Origin: Escherichia phage vB_EcoM_TU01
Length of the DNA stretch: 64,000 bases
Sequence record: MZ560701
Direction: 5' to 3' (one strand)
Part shown: piece after piece, positions 47,776 through 57,853 of the stretch
How positions within the stretch are numbered: position 1 is the first letter of the stretch
Layout of the letters: each line of letters starts with the position of its first letter
Notes under the pieces: generated by a model
The model's database searches: none
The model's input: the letters and a program-made list of their open reading frames with translations, nothing else
What the model was told of the DNA's origin: nothing
Program-made: the position numbers and the translations under genes

Positions 47776-48426
47776 ATGATTTATTATATGCACAAAAATG
47801 CGCCATTTAAATATGGTAAATTTCCTAATGCACAATGTTATAATATAACGCCGAATGAAAATAATAACGGATACCATATTGGTGTAATTTTTGTAATTGT
47901 TAAAGATAACGAAATCGTTGCCTGGGCAGATTTTAAAGGTACAACATATGATGTTAATCCAGTGCCTTTCACATATTACAACATAATGGATTTGGCATAT
48001 GATTATAACTGGTTTAATCATGACGCGTTGGCTCATATTGAAGGTGTAGGATTTGACATCTCTTATTCTAGCTATTCATTATGTCCTATGAGCCGAGCTC
48101 ACGGTAAAGATGCATCATATCTTTCAATTCGGAAACGTGTAAACTTCAAACGTAGCACAGAGTATGTTGGTGGACTCTTTGTTAAAGATAATAAAATAAC
48201 CCGTATTAGTTATCCTTTAAGTGTAGGTCAAAAAGATGTTGATGTTGATTTAGACTTAACCGAAAATAACATTAATCATATTGCTTCTGTATATTTTGAT
48301 ATCGATGAAAAAATTGTAGTGTGTGGATACGAATTACCACCTGAAGAAAAGGCTGAAGCAATTGAAGTCGAATTAGAAATTTCTGTTGATGACCAAATAT
48401 TTAATGCATTTATGAATCGAGGTTAA
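47776..48426 (+). CDS. hypothetical protein
   Basis: start refined to ATG 47776. Confidence 0.5.
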   Translation: MIYYMHKNAPFKYGKFPNAQCYNITPNENNNGYHIGVIFVIVKDNEIVAWADFKGTTYDVNPVPFTYYNIMDLAYDYNWFNHDALAHIEGVGFDISYSSYSLCPMSRAHGKDASYLSIRKRVNFKRSTEYVGGLFVKDNKITRISYPLSVGQKDVDVDLDLTENNINHIASVYFDIDEKIVVCGYELPPEEKAEAIEVELEISVDDQIFNAFMNRG

Positions 48427-48427
48427 A

Positions 48428-48625
48428 ATGACTACTGCAATTTGCACTGGTTCTAAAATTAGTGTTTTTACAAGTTTTGAAGATTATGAAGTTGTTTCAA
48501 AACACCAATACCATATTAGCGTAAAAGCTAATGACGGTGTAATTTGGAATATTCCGCAGTATGAAGGCACTACATATGAAGTCACAGATATAAATGGTGA
48601 CAAAGCAATCTTTGTAATTGATTAA
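48428..48625 (+). CDS. hypothetical protein
   Basis: ORF track. Confidence 0.4.
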   Translation: MTTAICTGSKISVFTSFEDYEVVSKHQYHISVKANDGVIWNIPQYEGTTYEVTDINGDKAIFVID

Positions 48626-48644
48626 ATATACTCAGGAGGTACCT

Positions 48645-49112
48645 ATGGGTATTATTAACACTGCAATAGATTCTGTTTATGCATATAAGTTTATTAGACT
48701 AATGCAAAAACCTTTTACCGAATGGAAAGCGTACGAAGCCAAAATCATAGATGAACGTGGAAGTGTTCTTAAACGTCCTTCTACTCCCGAAGAGAAAGCG
48801 GCGTATACACCTTTTCATGCTTCAGTTCGTTCAATGAAGCGAATGATGAGCACTGTTCCAGGTCTTAATGGAATGGCCTCAATGATGTCTGCCTGGAGTG
48901 CTGTAGCTTCACGCTATAACATTACGGAAGAACAACAGAAAGAAATATTTAAAGAACTCCCTTTATTTGAGGATATGGTTGCTGGTGATTCAGGCGGTAN
49001 TCCTCAAGCTATTGCATCAGGAACAACTACAGGTGCAGTCGTAAATAAAGGTCCAGAACAAATTCCTTCCAAGAAAAGAAAGCGAATTAAAGTAAATATT
49101 AATAAGTTGTGA
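48645..49112 (+). CDS. hypothetical protein with basic C-terminus
   Basis: GGAGG RBS; KKRKRIKVNINKL tail. Confidence 0.5.
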   Translation: MGIINTAIDSVYAYKFIRLMQKPFTEWKAYEAKIIDERGSVLKRPSTPEEKAAYTPFHASVRSMKRMMSTVPGLNGMASMMSAWSAVASRYNITEEQQKEIFKELPLFEDMVAGDSGGXPQAIASGTTTGAVVNKGPEQIPSKKRKRIKVNINKL

Positions 49113-49151
49113 TATGATGGCCTTATTAATTTAAGGCCTCTGGAGAATACT

Positions 49152-50174
49152 ATGGCTGAATGGATAGATAATGAATTTGCTTATCGTGCGTTTTCTCACC
49201 TACCTCGTTTTAGACAAATCAATAATTCAAGCACATTTAAATTAACATTTCGATGTCCAGTTTGTGGCGACTCCCAGACAGATGCAATGAAAGCTCGCGG
49301 ATGGTATTATGGCGGTACTCCTGGTAATGTACATTGCTATAATTGCCAATACCACAATACAATTTCCGGATACTTAAAAGAGTATGATGAAGAGCTTTAT
49401 CGCGAATATCTAATGGAAGTTCGTAAAGAAAAAGCTAGAATGGAACCAAAGATTGAAAAGGTTCCTGAACATAAACCAGAACCGGAGAAAAAGACTATAA
49501 ATTCTTTGCCGTCTTGTTCTCGTCTGGACAAGCTGCCTGAAGAGCATCCTATTGTGAAATATGTTAAGACTCGATGCATTCCTAAAGAATCATGGAACAG
49601 ATTATGGTTCACATTAGAATGGCCCAAATTGGTCAACAAGATTCAACCTGGTACGTATAAGAAAGAGATTCCCGAACCACGTTTAGTGATTCCTATTTTT
49701 AATAAAGATGGGAAGGCTGAGTCATTCCAAGGACGTGCACTTCGTAAAGATGCTCCTCAGAAATATATCACTATTAAAGCGTTTGAGTCTGCAACAAAAA
49801 TTTATGGTGTTGAACGTGTTAAGGAAGGAGACGTCTGGGTAATGGAAGGCCCTATTGATAGTTTATTCATACCCAATGCAATCGCTATTACAGGCGGCTC
49901 AATAGATTTAGATGTGGTACCATTTAAAGAACGTCGTGTATGGGTAATGGATAATGAACCTAGGCATCCGGATACTATAGCTCGCATGAAGCGATTAGTT
50001 GATGCAGGCGAACGTGTCATGTTCTGGGACCGAGCTCCATGGAGATCAAAGGATGTGAATGATATGGTAATGAAAGAAAATGCAACACCACAAGAAATTT
50101 TAGAATATATGAAACAGAATATTTCAAGTGGGTTGCATGCTAAAATGAGATTATCTCGTTATTCGAAGATTTAA
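49152..50174 (+). CDS. 61: DNA primase gp61
   Basis: zinc ribbon CPVCGDSQTD...HCYNC, Toprim-like core; matches T4 gp61. Confidence 0.93.
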   Translation: MAEWIDNEFAYRAFSHLPRFRQINNSSTFKLTFRCPVCGDSQTDAMKARGWYYGGTPGNVHCYNCQYHNTISGYLKEYDEELYREYLMEVRKEKARMEPKIEKVPEHKPEPEKKTINSLPSCSRLDKLPEEHPIVKYVKTRCIPKESWNRLWFTLEWPKLVNKIQPGTYKKEIPEPRLVIPIFNKDGKAESFQGRALRKDAPQKYITIKAFESATKIYGVERVKEGDVWVMEGPIDSLFIPNAIAITGGSIDLDVVPFKERRVWVMDNEPRHPDTIARMKRLVDAGERVMFWDRAPWRSKDVNDMVMKENATPQEILEYMKQNISSGLHAKMRLSRYSKI

Positions 50175-50368
50175 ACAAGCCCTATAATAGCAAAGGCCAA
50201 ATCAACTACAGTATCCAATGGAACAGAAGGAACCATAACACCATTAGCAACTAACAATGGTGCAATCCCGAAGTTCCATGAAATAATGCCACCTACAACT
50301 ATTGCAGCGATAGCAGTTTTCTTTTTATTGCCTTTAATAGCGTTGATTAACGATGGAAGTTTAAACAT
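50171..50368 (-). CDS. reverse-strand small membrane protein (65 aa), candidate
   Basis: Only ORF in the 61-56 gap; AAGGAG 5 nt upstream of ATG on minus strand; MFKLPSLINAIKGNKKKTAIAAIVVGGIISWNFGIAPLLVANGVMVPSVPLDTVVDLAFAIIGLV. Confidence 0.45.
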   Translation of the reverse strand: MFKLPSLINAIKGNKKKTAIAAIVVGGIISWNFGIAPLLVANGVMVPSVPLDTVVDLAFAIIGLV

Positions 50369-50456
50369 AATATCTCCTTAGTTACCTATTATTTATTACG
50401 CTTTATAAAATTAATGTTAGAATTAACTCTCTTATACTGAATTGAAAGGAAAAATA

Positions 50457-50978
50457 ATGGCACACTTTAACGAATGTTCACAACTTATTTCTGGTGTTGA
50501 TAAAGCAGAAGAAGCTTATTTTAATGCTCTGATTCACGAAGATAAAGACCCACTGCAGGTAATGCTTGATATGCAGAAATCTTTACAGGTTCGTCTGGCA
50601 AATGACAAGCCTGAACATAACAAACATCCTGATGAATTGGCCACTGCTGGTGATGTTGTTGATTGGCTGCGTAATCAGAAAGATTATATTGATGATGAAT
50701 TCCGTGAACTGCTGACTTCACTTGGTGGTATGAGCAATGGCGAAAAAGCCGCTAGCTCTGTATGGAAGCCGTGGAAAGCACAACATGCTGAATATCGAAA
50801 TCGTCGTATCGATGAACTGTCTCCTGAAGACCAGCTTGAAATTAAATTCGAGATGATTGATATNCTGCACTTTGTTCTGAATATGTTCCAAGGTCTGGGT
50901 CTTTCGGCTGAAGAAATCTTTAAACTTTACTACTTGAAAAACCAACACAACTTTGAACGCCAGGATAATGGTTACTGA
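50457..50978 (+). CDS. 56: dCTPase/dUTPase gp56
   Basis: MAHFNECSQLISGVDKAEEAYFNALIHEDKDPLQVMLDMQKSLQVRLAN... matches T4 gp56. Confidence 0.93.
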   Translation: MAHFNECSQLISGVDKAEEAYFNALIHEDKDPLQVMLDMQKSLQVRLANDKPEHNKHPDELATAGDVVDWLRNQKDYIDDEFRELLTSLGGMSNGEKAASSVWKPWKAQHAEYRNRRIDELSPEDQLEIKFEMIDXLHFVLNMFQGLGLSAEEIFKLYYLKNQHNFERQDNGY

Positions 50979-50984
50979 TTAAGT

Positions 50985-50992
50985 TATAAATA
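50985..50992 (+). promoter_or_regulatory. late promoter TATAAATA for soc
   Basis: exact TATAAATA upstream of AAGGAG RBS. Confidence 0.6.
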
Positions 50993-51023
50993 CACCTGTA
51001 ATTAAACAACAAAGGAGTTAATT

Positions 51024-51260
51024 ATGGGTGGTTATGTTAACATCAAAACCTTTACGCATCCTGCTGGTGAAGGCAAAGAAGTTAAAGGTATGGAAGTTTC
51101 TGTACCGTTTGAGATTTATTCAAACGAACATCGGATTGCAGATTCTCATTACCAAATCTTTCCGTCAGAAAANGCAGCTTATTCTNNTGTAGTTTCTGAT
51201 GCAGCNACTTGGAAAACTAAGAACGCTGCAATGTTTACGCCTACANNANTAGGTGGTTAA
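51024..51260 (+). CDS. soc: small outer capsid protein Soc
   Basis: GYVNIKTF...SVPFEIYS...HYQIFPSExAAYS resembles T4 Soc. Confidence 0.85.
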   Translation: MGGYVNIKTFTHPAGEGKEVKGMEVSVPFEIYSNEHRIADSHYQIFPSEXAAYSXVVSDAXTWKTKNAAMFTPTXXGG

Positions 51261-51267
51261 ATAATTC

Positions 51268-51298
51268 AAGGAATCCTTCGGGATTCCTTTTTTTTTTG
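51268..51298 (+). terminator. rho-independent terminator AAGGAATCC-TTCG-GGATTCCTT + T10
   Basis: 9-bp stem, UUCG loop, 10-nt T-run. Confidence 0.85.
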
Positions 51299-51306
51299 TT
51301 TCTACA

Positions 51307-51336
51307 GTTTACAACCACTAAAAACTGTGTTAAGAT
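51307..51336 (+). promoter_or_regulatory. T4-type early promoter (GTTTAC-18 nt-TAAGAT)
   Basis: GTTTAC 51307-51312. Confidence 0.45.
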
Positions 51337-51364
51337 ATTCTTACTTACTCAAGAGGAGAACAAT

Positions 51365-51592
51365 ATGTTAAATCGTTGGATTAAACCTAATAACACATTA
51401 GGTGCTTTGATTGCTCAAGAAGTTTCGTTGAAATACGGTCTTGGATATTACGATGATGTAGTCGTACACTCATTCATGATGGATGGTGAAGACGTCAAAT
51501 TTAATGCCGAAATCCGTTGGGATGACGGTGGTGTTCGTTTTGTTCGAGGAACAATTAATGCTTACGATGCTGAAGAAGTTGTTTGCTGTTAA
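51365..51592 (+). CDS. hypothetical protein
   Basis: GAGGAG RBS. Confidence 0.45.
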   Translation: MLNRWIKPNNTLGALIAQEVSLKYGLGYYDDVVVHSFMMDGEDVKFNAEIRWDDGGVRFVRGTINAYDAEEVVCC

Positions 51593-51790
51593 ACCAGGCG
51601 AAGGTATGATGCCTATTCCTGATACACNCGAAAAGNCTTGGGAATATATCGGCGACGGAATGATGGAAGAAGTTGTTCGTCCAAAGTCTGCTTCAAGCTC
51701 TTCAAGTTATAATCATTCATACGTATCGTCTTGGCCTGGTGATTCTGGGTCAAGTTATTCTGATTGTGGTTCAAGCTCAGGGAGCTGCGA

Positions 51791-51970
51791 ATGAACANGA
51801 TAGTAAAATGGTTTAAAAGCTGGGACGATGGTGTCGGTCCGGAAGATTGGCTGGATGTTCTTGAAGAGAATATGGCTAAAGAATTCCAGAAACACGAAGA
51901 GAAGCTCGTCGAAGATGAAGGCGAACGTATTGTAAAACTTTATATGGGTGAACCATCGAGGAAATTATAA
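51791..51970 (+). CDS. small hypothetical acidic protein
   Basis: ATGA overlap. Confidence 0.35.
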   Translation: MNXIVKWFKSWDDGVGPEDWLDVLEENMAKEFQKHEEKLVEDEGERIVKLYMGEPSRKL

Positions 51971-52434
51971 TGGATGCTATGTTATTTAAAATGTATTTGC
52001 TTGAAGCCAAGTCGTTTAAACATATACCAGTAGAAGATAAGACTCCACTAGAAATAGCTATTCTCATTAACAAAAGTCTAAATAATCCGCAATATATCGT
52101 AGAAGAATTCTGCAAATTGCAGATTCCTAAAGGTTATAAAATTCGTGTAGAGCGAGTTGGAGCTATTACTCATTCTAAAAATTCTCCGTTTAGTCTTGAA
52201 GAAGGCATAAAGGACTTAGGTTATGAATCTACGGAAAATGCAGTTTATGTGAATCCAGAAAAGCGTTTAGACCTGTTTGAAAAGCGAGACCATAAGTATT
52301 TTGCCAAAAAATACTTTATTACATCATTAGCAGATTTAANCCATTTGCAACGAGCTATTTGGAAATTTTTTAAGACAAAAGGTGTAGCACTAGAAACATT
52401 CTCTGAACCTGCTAGTTTTTATCTTGGTGAATAA
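51970..52434 (+). CDS. hypothetical protein
   Basis: ORF track. Confidence 0.5.
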   Translation: MDAMLFKMYLLEAKSFKHIPVEDKTPLEIAILINKSLNNPQYIVEEFCKLQIPKGYKIRVERVGAITHSKNSPFSLEEGIKDLGYESTENAVYVNPEKRLDLFEKRDHKYFAKKYFITSLADLXHLQRAIWKFFKTKGVALETFSEPASFYLGE

Positions 52435-52435
52435 T

Positions 52436-52615
52436 ATGGACNTNATGAGTATGTTTGATGAGCCTGAAGTTGAGGCTCCTAAAGTGCATCGTAGTGAACT
52501 TGTTGATGAACTAGATAGTATTATACAACGTCACGGCTTTAGTTTACCTGTTGAAGCCCTGAAAGACCTTGCCTCTTATTATGACGACCCTCCACCATGG
52601 AGTCCTTGGAAATGA
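52436..52615 (+). CDS. small hypothetical acidic protein
   Basis: ORF track, start refined. Confidence 0.4.
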   Translation: MDXMSMFDEPEVEAPKVHRSELVDELDSIIQRHGFSLPVEALKDLASYYDDPPPWSPWK

Positions 52616-52776
52616 AAGAGAAATTTAAAGAGAAATTCTTACTAGAAATCAAGGAAAAAGACTTTGAGACATGGTATCGAATGGTGAAAGGGTTGACATT
52701 GCTTTTTAAAGCATCCTTATTCATGTTAGAACAACCTGGACCTGATGGACCTTTAGTAGGAAAGCTTAAAAAGTAG
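52612..52776 (+). CDS. small hypothetical protein (54 aa)
   Basis: ATGA overlap; below track cutoff. Confidence 0.3.
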   Translation: MKEKFKEKFLLEIKEKDFETWYRMVKGLTLLFKASLFMLEQPGPDGPLVGKLKK

Positions 52777-52804
52777 TTTACATTCCCTCCTCTCGTGTTA
52801 TGAT
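52776..52804 (+). promoter_or_regulatory. T4-type early promoter (GTTTAC-17 nt-TATGAT)
   Basis: GTTTAC 52776-52781. Confidence 0.45.
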
Positions 52805-52831
52805 AGGCTTATCTTTAAATGGAGGTCTATC

Positions 52832-53413
52832 ATGACATGTCAATCTGAACTTCAAGAACGTGAATACCTAACAAATCTGATTGATAGCAAATTCACCCGC
52901 CAAGAACAAAACATTCTCTGGGCTTGCACCGATTCTAAGGAAGACCCGGATTTCCACTATGAATTAGACCATCTTGTTCGTAAGCATATGACTTCTACAG
53001 TACCAGTAGAACTCTACCGTGGTGTAACTCCAGAAGAAGTAGAACGTCTTTCACTTCTTTCTGTTGGATGCCATTGGTCTCCTGGACGAGTAACATCGTT
53101 CACAACTGATTTCAGTACAGCTCGTCAATTCTCCGGGAGATGGGAATATCAGACGTACACTATTCTTAGTCTCAGGAATGCTCCATTCATTTTTGATTAC
53201 TACCAAAACATGGTTAACATTGTACTTGCCGGAAAGAACCCTAAGCATGTTATGGAAGAAACTCGTNTNGATGTCCTAGATATGATTGAATCTGAACAAG
53301 AGTACATGGTCTCAGGTATCTCTAGATTTGAGATTGTGGAAATTGAAGACTTAGAATATGACCCTTTATCTCGATTATACAAAATCATTCATTTAAAAAT
53401 GTTGAATTTTTAG
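52832..53413 (+). CDS. modB: ADP-ribosyltransferase, ModB-like by position
   Basis: R-S-E class motifs: ELYRG, SFTTDFSTAR, EQEYMV; paralogue of next gene. Confidence 0.7.
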   Translation: MTCQSELQEREYLTNLIDSKFTRQEQNILWACTDSKEDPDFHYELDHLVRKHMTSTVPVELYRGVTPEEVERLSLLSVGCHWSPGRVTSFTTDFSTARQFSGRWEYQTYTILSLRNAPFIFDYYQNMVNIVLAGKNPKHVMEETRXDVLDMIESEQEYMVSGISRFEIVEIEDLEYDPLSRLYKIIHLKMLNF

Positions 53414-53442
53414 TGTACAAACTCTACNGACGATGATACTAT
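53414..53442 (+). promoter_or_regulatory. early promoter (TGTACA-17 nt-TACTAT)
   Basis: TGTACA 53414-53419. Confidence 0.4.
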
Positions 53443-53470
53443 ACTTTTATCAACCACAGGAGAAACCTAA

Positions 53471-54079
53471 ATGTTTATGCCGTATAATGAATGTGAAATT
53501 GAGGAAATGGTTCGACGTGCNCAAAACCCCGAATATCAAGATGTATTGCAGTACGAAATNGATAGTCAATTCAGCGACATTGAACAAAGTGTACTGTGGC
53601 AATGTATGGAAAACAAGCCAGACAGCATCCAACAAGATTTAAGTGCAATTGTTCGTAGAAATTGGTCNTCTTCNGTTCCTGAGACAATGTATCGTGGAAT
53701 CTCTAAGAAAACTATGGCCACACTCGACGATAAAGGCNTTGGTAGTATTATTAAATTTGACAGAGTAATGAGCTTTAGTCCGGTGTTCGGTGTAGCACGT
53801 AACTTCGCTTCATATAATTTTTATGGAACATTTAATATGTTCTGCATCAAAGATGCACCATTTGCTTTCAACTTCCGTGAACATATGCTTAATATGATTC
53901 TGGCTGCACCATCTTGTGAGTTCAATGGAGCTTTCCCTGAAGCGACAAGACGGTCTAATGCTAGACTTATATCTGACGAATGTGAATTTATGCTCCCTAT
54001 AGGGACTACACTGCGTGTAGATTCTATTATTCAAGATGGACGTTATACAATCTGGAATCTGTCTATTGTCAGTTACTGA
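53471..54079 (+). CDS. modA: ADP-ribosyltransferase, ModA-like by position
   Basis: TMYRG, SFSPVFGVAR, ECEFML motifs; paralogue of modB-like. Confidence 0.7.
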   Translation: MFMPYNECEIEEMVRRXQNPEYQDVLQYEXDSQFSDIEQSVLWQCMENKPDSIQQDLSAIVRRNWXSXVPETMYRGISKKTMATLDDKGXGSIIKFDRVMSFSPVFGVARNFASYNFYGTFNMFCIKDAPFAFNFREHMLNMILAAPSCEFNGAFPEATRRSNARLISDECEFMLPIGTTLRVDSIIQDGRYTIWNLSIVSY

Positions 54080-54231
54080 CTGGATTGGAATAACCGGATG
54101 GAACTCAGAACCATTATAACACATAAAAAATTAAAGCATTTTACGAAAAAAGAGTGTACACTACCTGAGGGCATGATATTATANACCNATCAGCTAAATG
54201 ACCTAACGTCCGTAAGACAGAGGAAAATATT

Positions 54232-54978
54232 ATGTTATCAAATAATAAAATTAACAAAATCAATCGTCGTCTTGACCACACCAGAGCTTCTGCGAAGAGA
54301 CGCTCTAAGGATTTTAACTTAGACTTTAATTACCTTAAAAACATTCTTGATCAAAAGGTCTGCGCTTACTCAGGTGAATCTTTCAATAACTCTGTTGAAG
54401 GTGAGAAATTATCCTTAGAACGTTTTAATAATGATATAGGCTACATTAAAGGTAATGTCATCCCAGTTAAGAAAAAATATAACACGGCTCGTTCTGATTT
54501 AACATTAGAAGAACTTATTGAGAAACGTGACGCNATTGCAAGACGTATCGCTAATCCTTCTGCCCGTAAAGTAGAGAAACTTAATCTCGACGAGAAGAAA
54601 TGGGCCCAAATTAAAAAGGTTTATGGTACTATTTTAAAAATCCGAGCAAAACGTGAAAATCGTGTTAAGCATATGGCGAACATGATGAAAAATCAACCTT
54701 TATCTAACGAATCTAAACTTAGAATTGTTGCTTTGAAAGCACGCATTAATGGATCACATCAAGCAGAAGGCCATGAACTTACTAAACTCAANGTTCTTCT
54801 TAAAGGCTCTGACTGGAAAACTAAAACTAAATTAACTGACGCTGAATCGCTTTTCGATACATATGATAAAGTTATCCAAGGTCTGCAACGTTTTGAAAAG
54901 ATCGGTTTCATNGGTAAATTAAAATTGAAACGTGGCTTACCACTTAGCGCATCNTTATTCCAACTGATTAAAGGTTAA
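54232..54978 (+). CDS. srd: Srd-like protein (similarity to T4 Srd by size and synteny)
   Basis: 248 aa between modA-like and dda; basic N-terminus. Confidence 0.65.
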   Translation: MLSNNKINKINRRLDHTRASAKRRSKDFNLDFNYLKNILDQKVCAYSGESFNNSVEGEKLSLERFNNDIGYIKGNVIPVKKKYNTARSDLTLEELIEKRDXIARRIANPSARKVEKLNLDEKKWAQIKKVYGTILKIRAKRENRVKHMANMMKNQPLSNESKLRIVALKARINGSHQAEGHELTKLXVLLKGSDWKTKTKLTDAESLFDTYDKVIQGLQRFEKIGFXGKLKLKRGLPLSAXLFQLIKG

Positions 54979-54980
54979 TT

Positions 54981-55292
54981 ATGGTTTATGTATATGCAAT
55001 AGTTTATCGAGATATGGAAGGATTTACTGTCCCGGTTCCACTTGATGAGCATCGTCCTGCAGTATTTTTTAGAAAGGATATTGCAGATAAAGTTTTCGAT
55101 ACTTTGAAAACACAGTATAAAACAGATTTAAAAATGGGAGTTCTAAGAATGGTCGAAACTCCGCGTAAGTTCTGGTTTAATAAGCTTGAAATGAAACACA
55201 TTAAACTAGATGCGGAGACGCAAAAATTNTATCAACGAATCCTGGACACAGGCCGTATTGTTAGTATTCCAATTGCAGGGACTTTACGATGA
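54981..55292 (+). CDS. hypothetical protein (dda.1 position)
   Basis: ATGA overlap with dda. Confidence 0.5.
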   Translation: MVYVYAIVYRDMEGFTVPVPLDEHRPAVFFRKDIADKVFDTLKTQYKTDLKMGVLRMVETPRKFWFNKLEMKHIKLDAETQKXYQRILDTGRIVSIPIAGTLR

Positions 55293-56602
55293 CATTTGAT
55301 GATTTGACTGAAGGCCAGAAAAACGCCTTCAACGTTGTTATGNANGCTATTAAAGAAAAGAAACATCACGTAACTATTAATGGGCCTGCTGGTACAGGTA
55401 AAACAACCCTTACTAGATTCATCGTTGAAGCCCTTATTTCTTCTGGAGAATCAGGTATTATTTTAGCAGCCCCTACACATGCCGCTAAAAAGGTTCTAAG
55501 CAAACTTGCGGGTCAAGAAGCATCGACTATTCATAGCATTCTTAAAATCAACCCAACTACATACGAAGAAAACGTATTGTTTGAACAGAAAAAGGTTCCC
55601 GACTTAGCCTTGTGCCGTGTACTGTTATTTGATGAAGCGTCAATGTGCGACCGTTCTCTGTTTAAAATAATGTTAGCTAGTATCCCTAAATGGTGTACAG
55701 TAATTGGAATCGGCGACCGATGTCAGATTCGTCCGGTAGACCCAGGCGAATCAACTGCGTATCTAAGTCCTTTCTTCACACACAAAGACTTCGTGCAATG
55801 CAACCTTACAGAAGTTAAACGTAGCAATGCACCAATTATTGATGTTGCGACTGATATTCGTAACGGCAAATGGATTTACGATAAAGTAGTTGATGGGCAC
55901 GGTGTTCATGGATATACAGACCTTAAATCGTATATGATGAACTATTTTAACGTCGTTAAAACTCCTGAAGACCTTTTCGAAAATCGAATGATGGCATTCA
56001 CAAATAAGTCGGTGGACAAGTTAAATTCAATTATTCGCCGAAAACTTCTTGAAACAGAAAAACCATTTATTAAAGACGAAGTCATTGTTCTACAAGAGCC
56101 ATTTACTAAGACATATAAGCTAGATGGTAAAAATATGACCGAAATGCTTTTCAATAACGGTCAATTCGTTCGTATTCGAGATGCTGTAGAAACGTCTACA
56201 TTCGTTAAAGCACGNGGTGTTTCAGGCGAATATATGATACGATACTGGAATCTTACAGTAGAAACATACGGGGATGATGAAGAATACATCCGCGAAGATA
56301 TAAAGGTTATTTCTTCTGAAGAAGAGCTTTATAAATTCAATTTGTTTTTGGCTAAGACCGCAGAAACATACAAATTTTGGAATAAAGGTGGTAAAGCTCC
56401 ATGGAGCGAATTCTGGGATGCTAAACGTATGTTCACTAAGGTGAAGGCNCTACCAGTATCAACCTTCCATAAGGCCCAGGGTATGTCTGTTGACACGGCC
56501 TTTGTTTATACACCGTGTATCCATTANGCCGATTCAGAATTAGCTAAACAGTTATTGTATGTTGGCACAACTCGTGGTCGGTTTGACGTCCATTTTATTT
56601 GA
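55289..56602 (+). CDS. dda: Dda DNA helicase (SF1B)
   Basis: MTFDDLTEGQKNAFNVVM...NGPAGTGKTTL...LLFDEASM matches T4 Dda. Confidence 0.95.
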   Translation: MTFDDLTEGQKNAFNVVMXAIKEKKHHVTINGPAGTGKTTLTRFIVEALISSGESGIILAAPTHAAKKVLSKLAGQEASTIHSILKINPTTYEENVLFEQKKVPDLALCRVLLFDEASMCDRSLFKIMLASIPKWCTVIGIGDRCQIRPVDPGESTAYLSPFFTHKDFVQCNLTEVKRSNAPIIDVATDIRNGKWIYDKVVDGHGVHGYTDLKSYMMNYFNVVKTPEDLFENRMMAFTNKSVDKLNSIIRRKLLETEKPFIKDEVIVLQEPFTKTYKLDGKNMTEMLFNNGQFVRIRDAVETSTFVKAXGVSGEYMIRYWNLTVETYGDDEEYIREDIKVISSEEELYKFNLFLAKTAETYKFWNKGGKAPWSEFWDAKRMFTKVKXLPVSTFHKAQGMSVDTAFVYTPCIHXADSELAKQLLYVGTTRGRFDVHFI

Positions 56603-56611
56603 GAGAAAATT

Positions 56612-57289
56612 ATGAGCACTGATGTTATTATAGATTTTGAAACATTCGGCAATACATCAAAAGCGGCTGTTATTGACCTTGCGGTTATTGCATATAATTC
56701 CGACCCTGAAGTTGTTGAATCATTTGAAGAACTTGTNCAACGAGGTAAGCGAATTAAATTTAATTTAGCTTCTCAGAAAGGGAAGCGAGTTTTCGCTAAA
56801 TCCACTATGAAATGGTGGAAAGAACAATCNGCTGAAGCNCGTAAAAACTTGGCTCCGTCTGAAGACGATGTCACTACGCTTGAAGGCATTAAAATCTTTT
56901 TAGATTATTGCCGAGCTAATAAAGTTGACCAATGGAAATCACAGATGTGGTGNCGTGGTATGAGCTTTGACTTCCCGATATTGGTCGATTTGATTCGTGA
57001 CCTCTATCGTGATGAAGGTGTTCTTGAACCAGAGATTGATACTGATAAATTAGAACCGGTTAAATTCTGGGCTCAACGCGATATTCGTACGGCAATCGAA
57101 GCTTACTCGTTGACACGAGGATTAAGTATGTGTCCATTACCGATGGGTACGCTAAAAGGATTCGTTGCCCATGATAGTATTCATGATTGTGCTAAAGATA
57201 TTTTGATGTTAAAATATGCTCAGCGTTATGCGCTTGGCCTTGAAGATGTCCCTGAGAATCCTGACCCGTTAAGTGTAAAACAGCGATAA
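56612..57289 (+). CDS. dexA: exonuclease A (DEDD 3'-5' exonuclease)
   Basis: VIIDFETFGNTSKAAVIDLAVIAY...HDSIHDCAKD matches T4 DexA. Confidence 0.88.
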   Translation: MSTDVIIDFETFGNTSKAAVIDLAVIAYNSDPEVVESFEELXQRGKRIKFNLASQKGKRVFAKSTMKWWKEQXAEXRKNLAPSEDDVTTLEGIKIFLDYCRANKVDQWKSQMWXRGMSFDFPILVDLIRDLYRDEGVLEPEIDTDKLEPVKFWAQRDIRTAIEAYSLTRGLSMCPLPMGTLKGFVAHDSIHDCAKDILMLKYAQRYALGLEDVPENPDPLSVKQR

Positions 57290-57294
57290 AACCA

Positions 57295-57324
57295 GTTTAC
57301 AACCAAGGATGGTTGGAGTATAAT
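57295..57324 (+). promoter_or_regulatory. repeated promoter cassette GTTTACAACCAAGGATGGTTGGAGTATAAT (family A)
   Basis: GTTTAC 57295-57300, TATAAT 57319-57324. Confidence 0.55.
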
Positions 57325-57355
57325 CTTTCTATCTTAACNAAACNGGAAAAACATT

Positions 57356-57850
57356 ATGAATATCAATACTACGGCTACTTACATCCTGAAAGACGAAAAA
57401 CAAATCAACTGGTACGGTGCTTCAGTGCGAGCTTATGAAAAGTTTTGTGAAATTTTAGGTGCCACTCAAGGTAATAGTTTCACTATTGTTAACTTCATTA
57501 AACAAGCTGAAGGCCCTTGGTTATTCTTAGAAATTAAAAATTCATACGGTACAATTTCTACTACCGCCATTCCAAGCACCGACTTTGAACTGTTGATTGA
57601 AGAAGCACCTGTTAAAGATGGTCTCCACTTTGATATGGATATCGCTTGTATGTACGGTACTCTGATTAAGCCTATTGAGCCTACTGATTTATTGTGTAAA
57701 TATGTTTCAATTCGNCGCCCATTCGCTGGNCCNGTAAATGGNTGGGTAACTGACCAGTGGATTGAAGATGGGGTTGAACTTCTGAACGTTGTTCATGCCG
57801 GTGATTTTAGTGTTGTTCCACGTAGTGCAGTAGTTAATATTCTAAATTAA
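57356..57850 (+). CDS. hypothetical protein, paralogue family WVxDxWxEDG (member 1)
   Basis: C-terminal WVTDQWIEDGVELLNVVHAGDFSVVP. Confidence 0.5.
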   Translation: MNINTTATYILKDEKQINWYGASVRAYEKFCEILGATQGNSFTIVNFIKQAEGPWLFLEIKNSYGTISTTAIPSTDFELLIEEAPVKDGLHFDMDIACMYGTLIKPIEPTDLLCKYVSIXRPFAXXVNXWVTDQWIEDGVELLNVVHAGDFSVVPRSAVVNILN

Positions 57851-57853
57851 TGT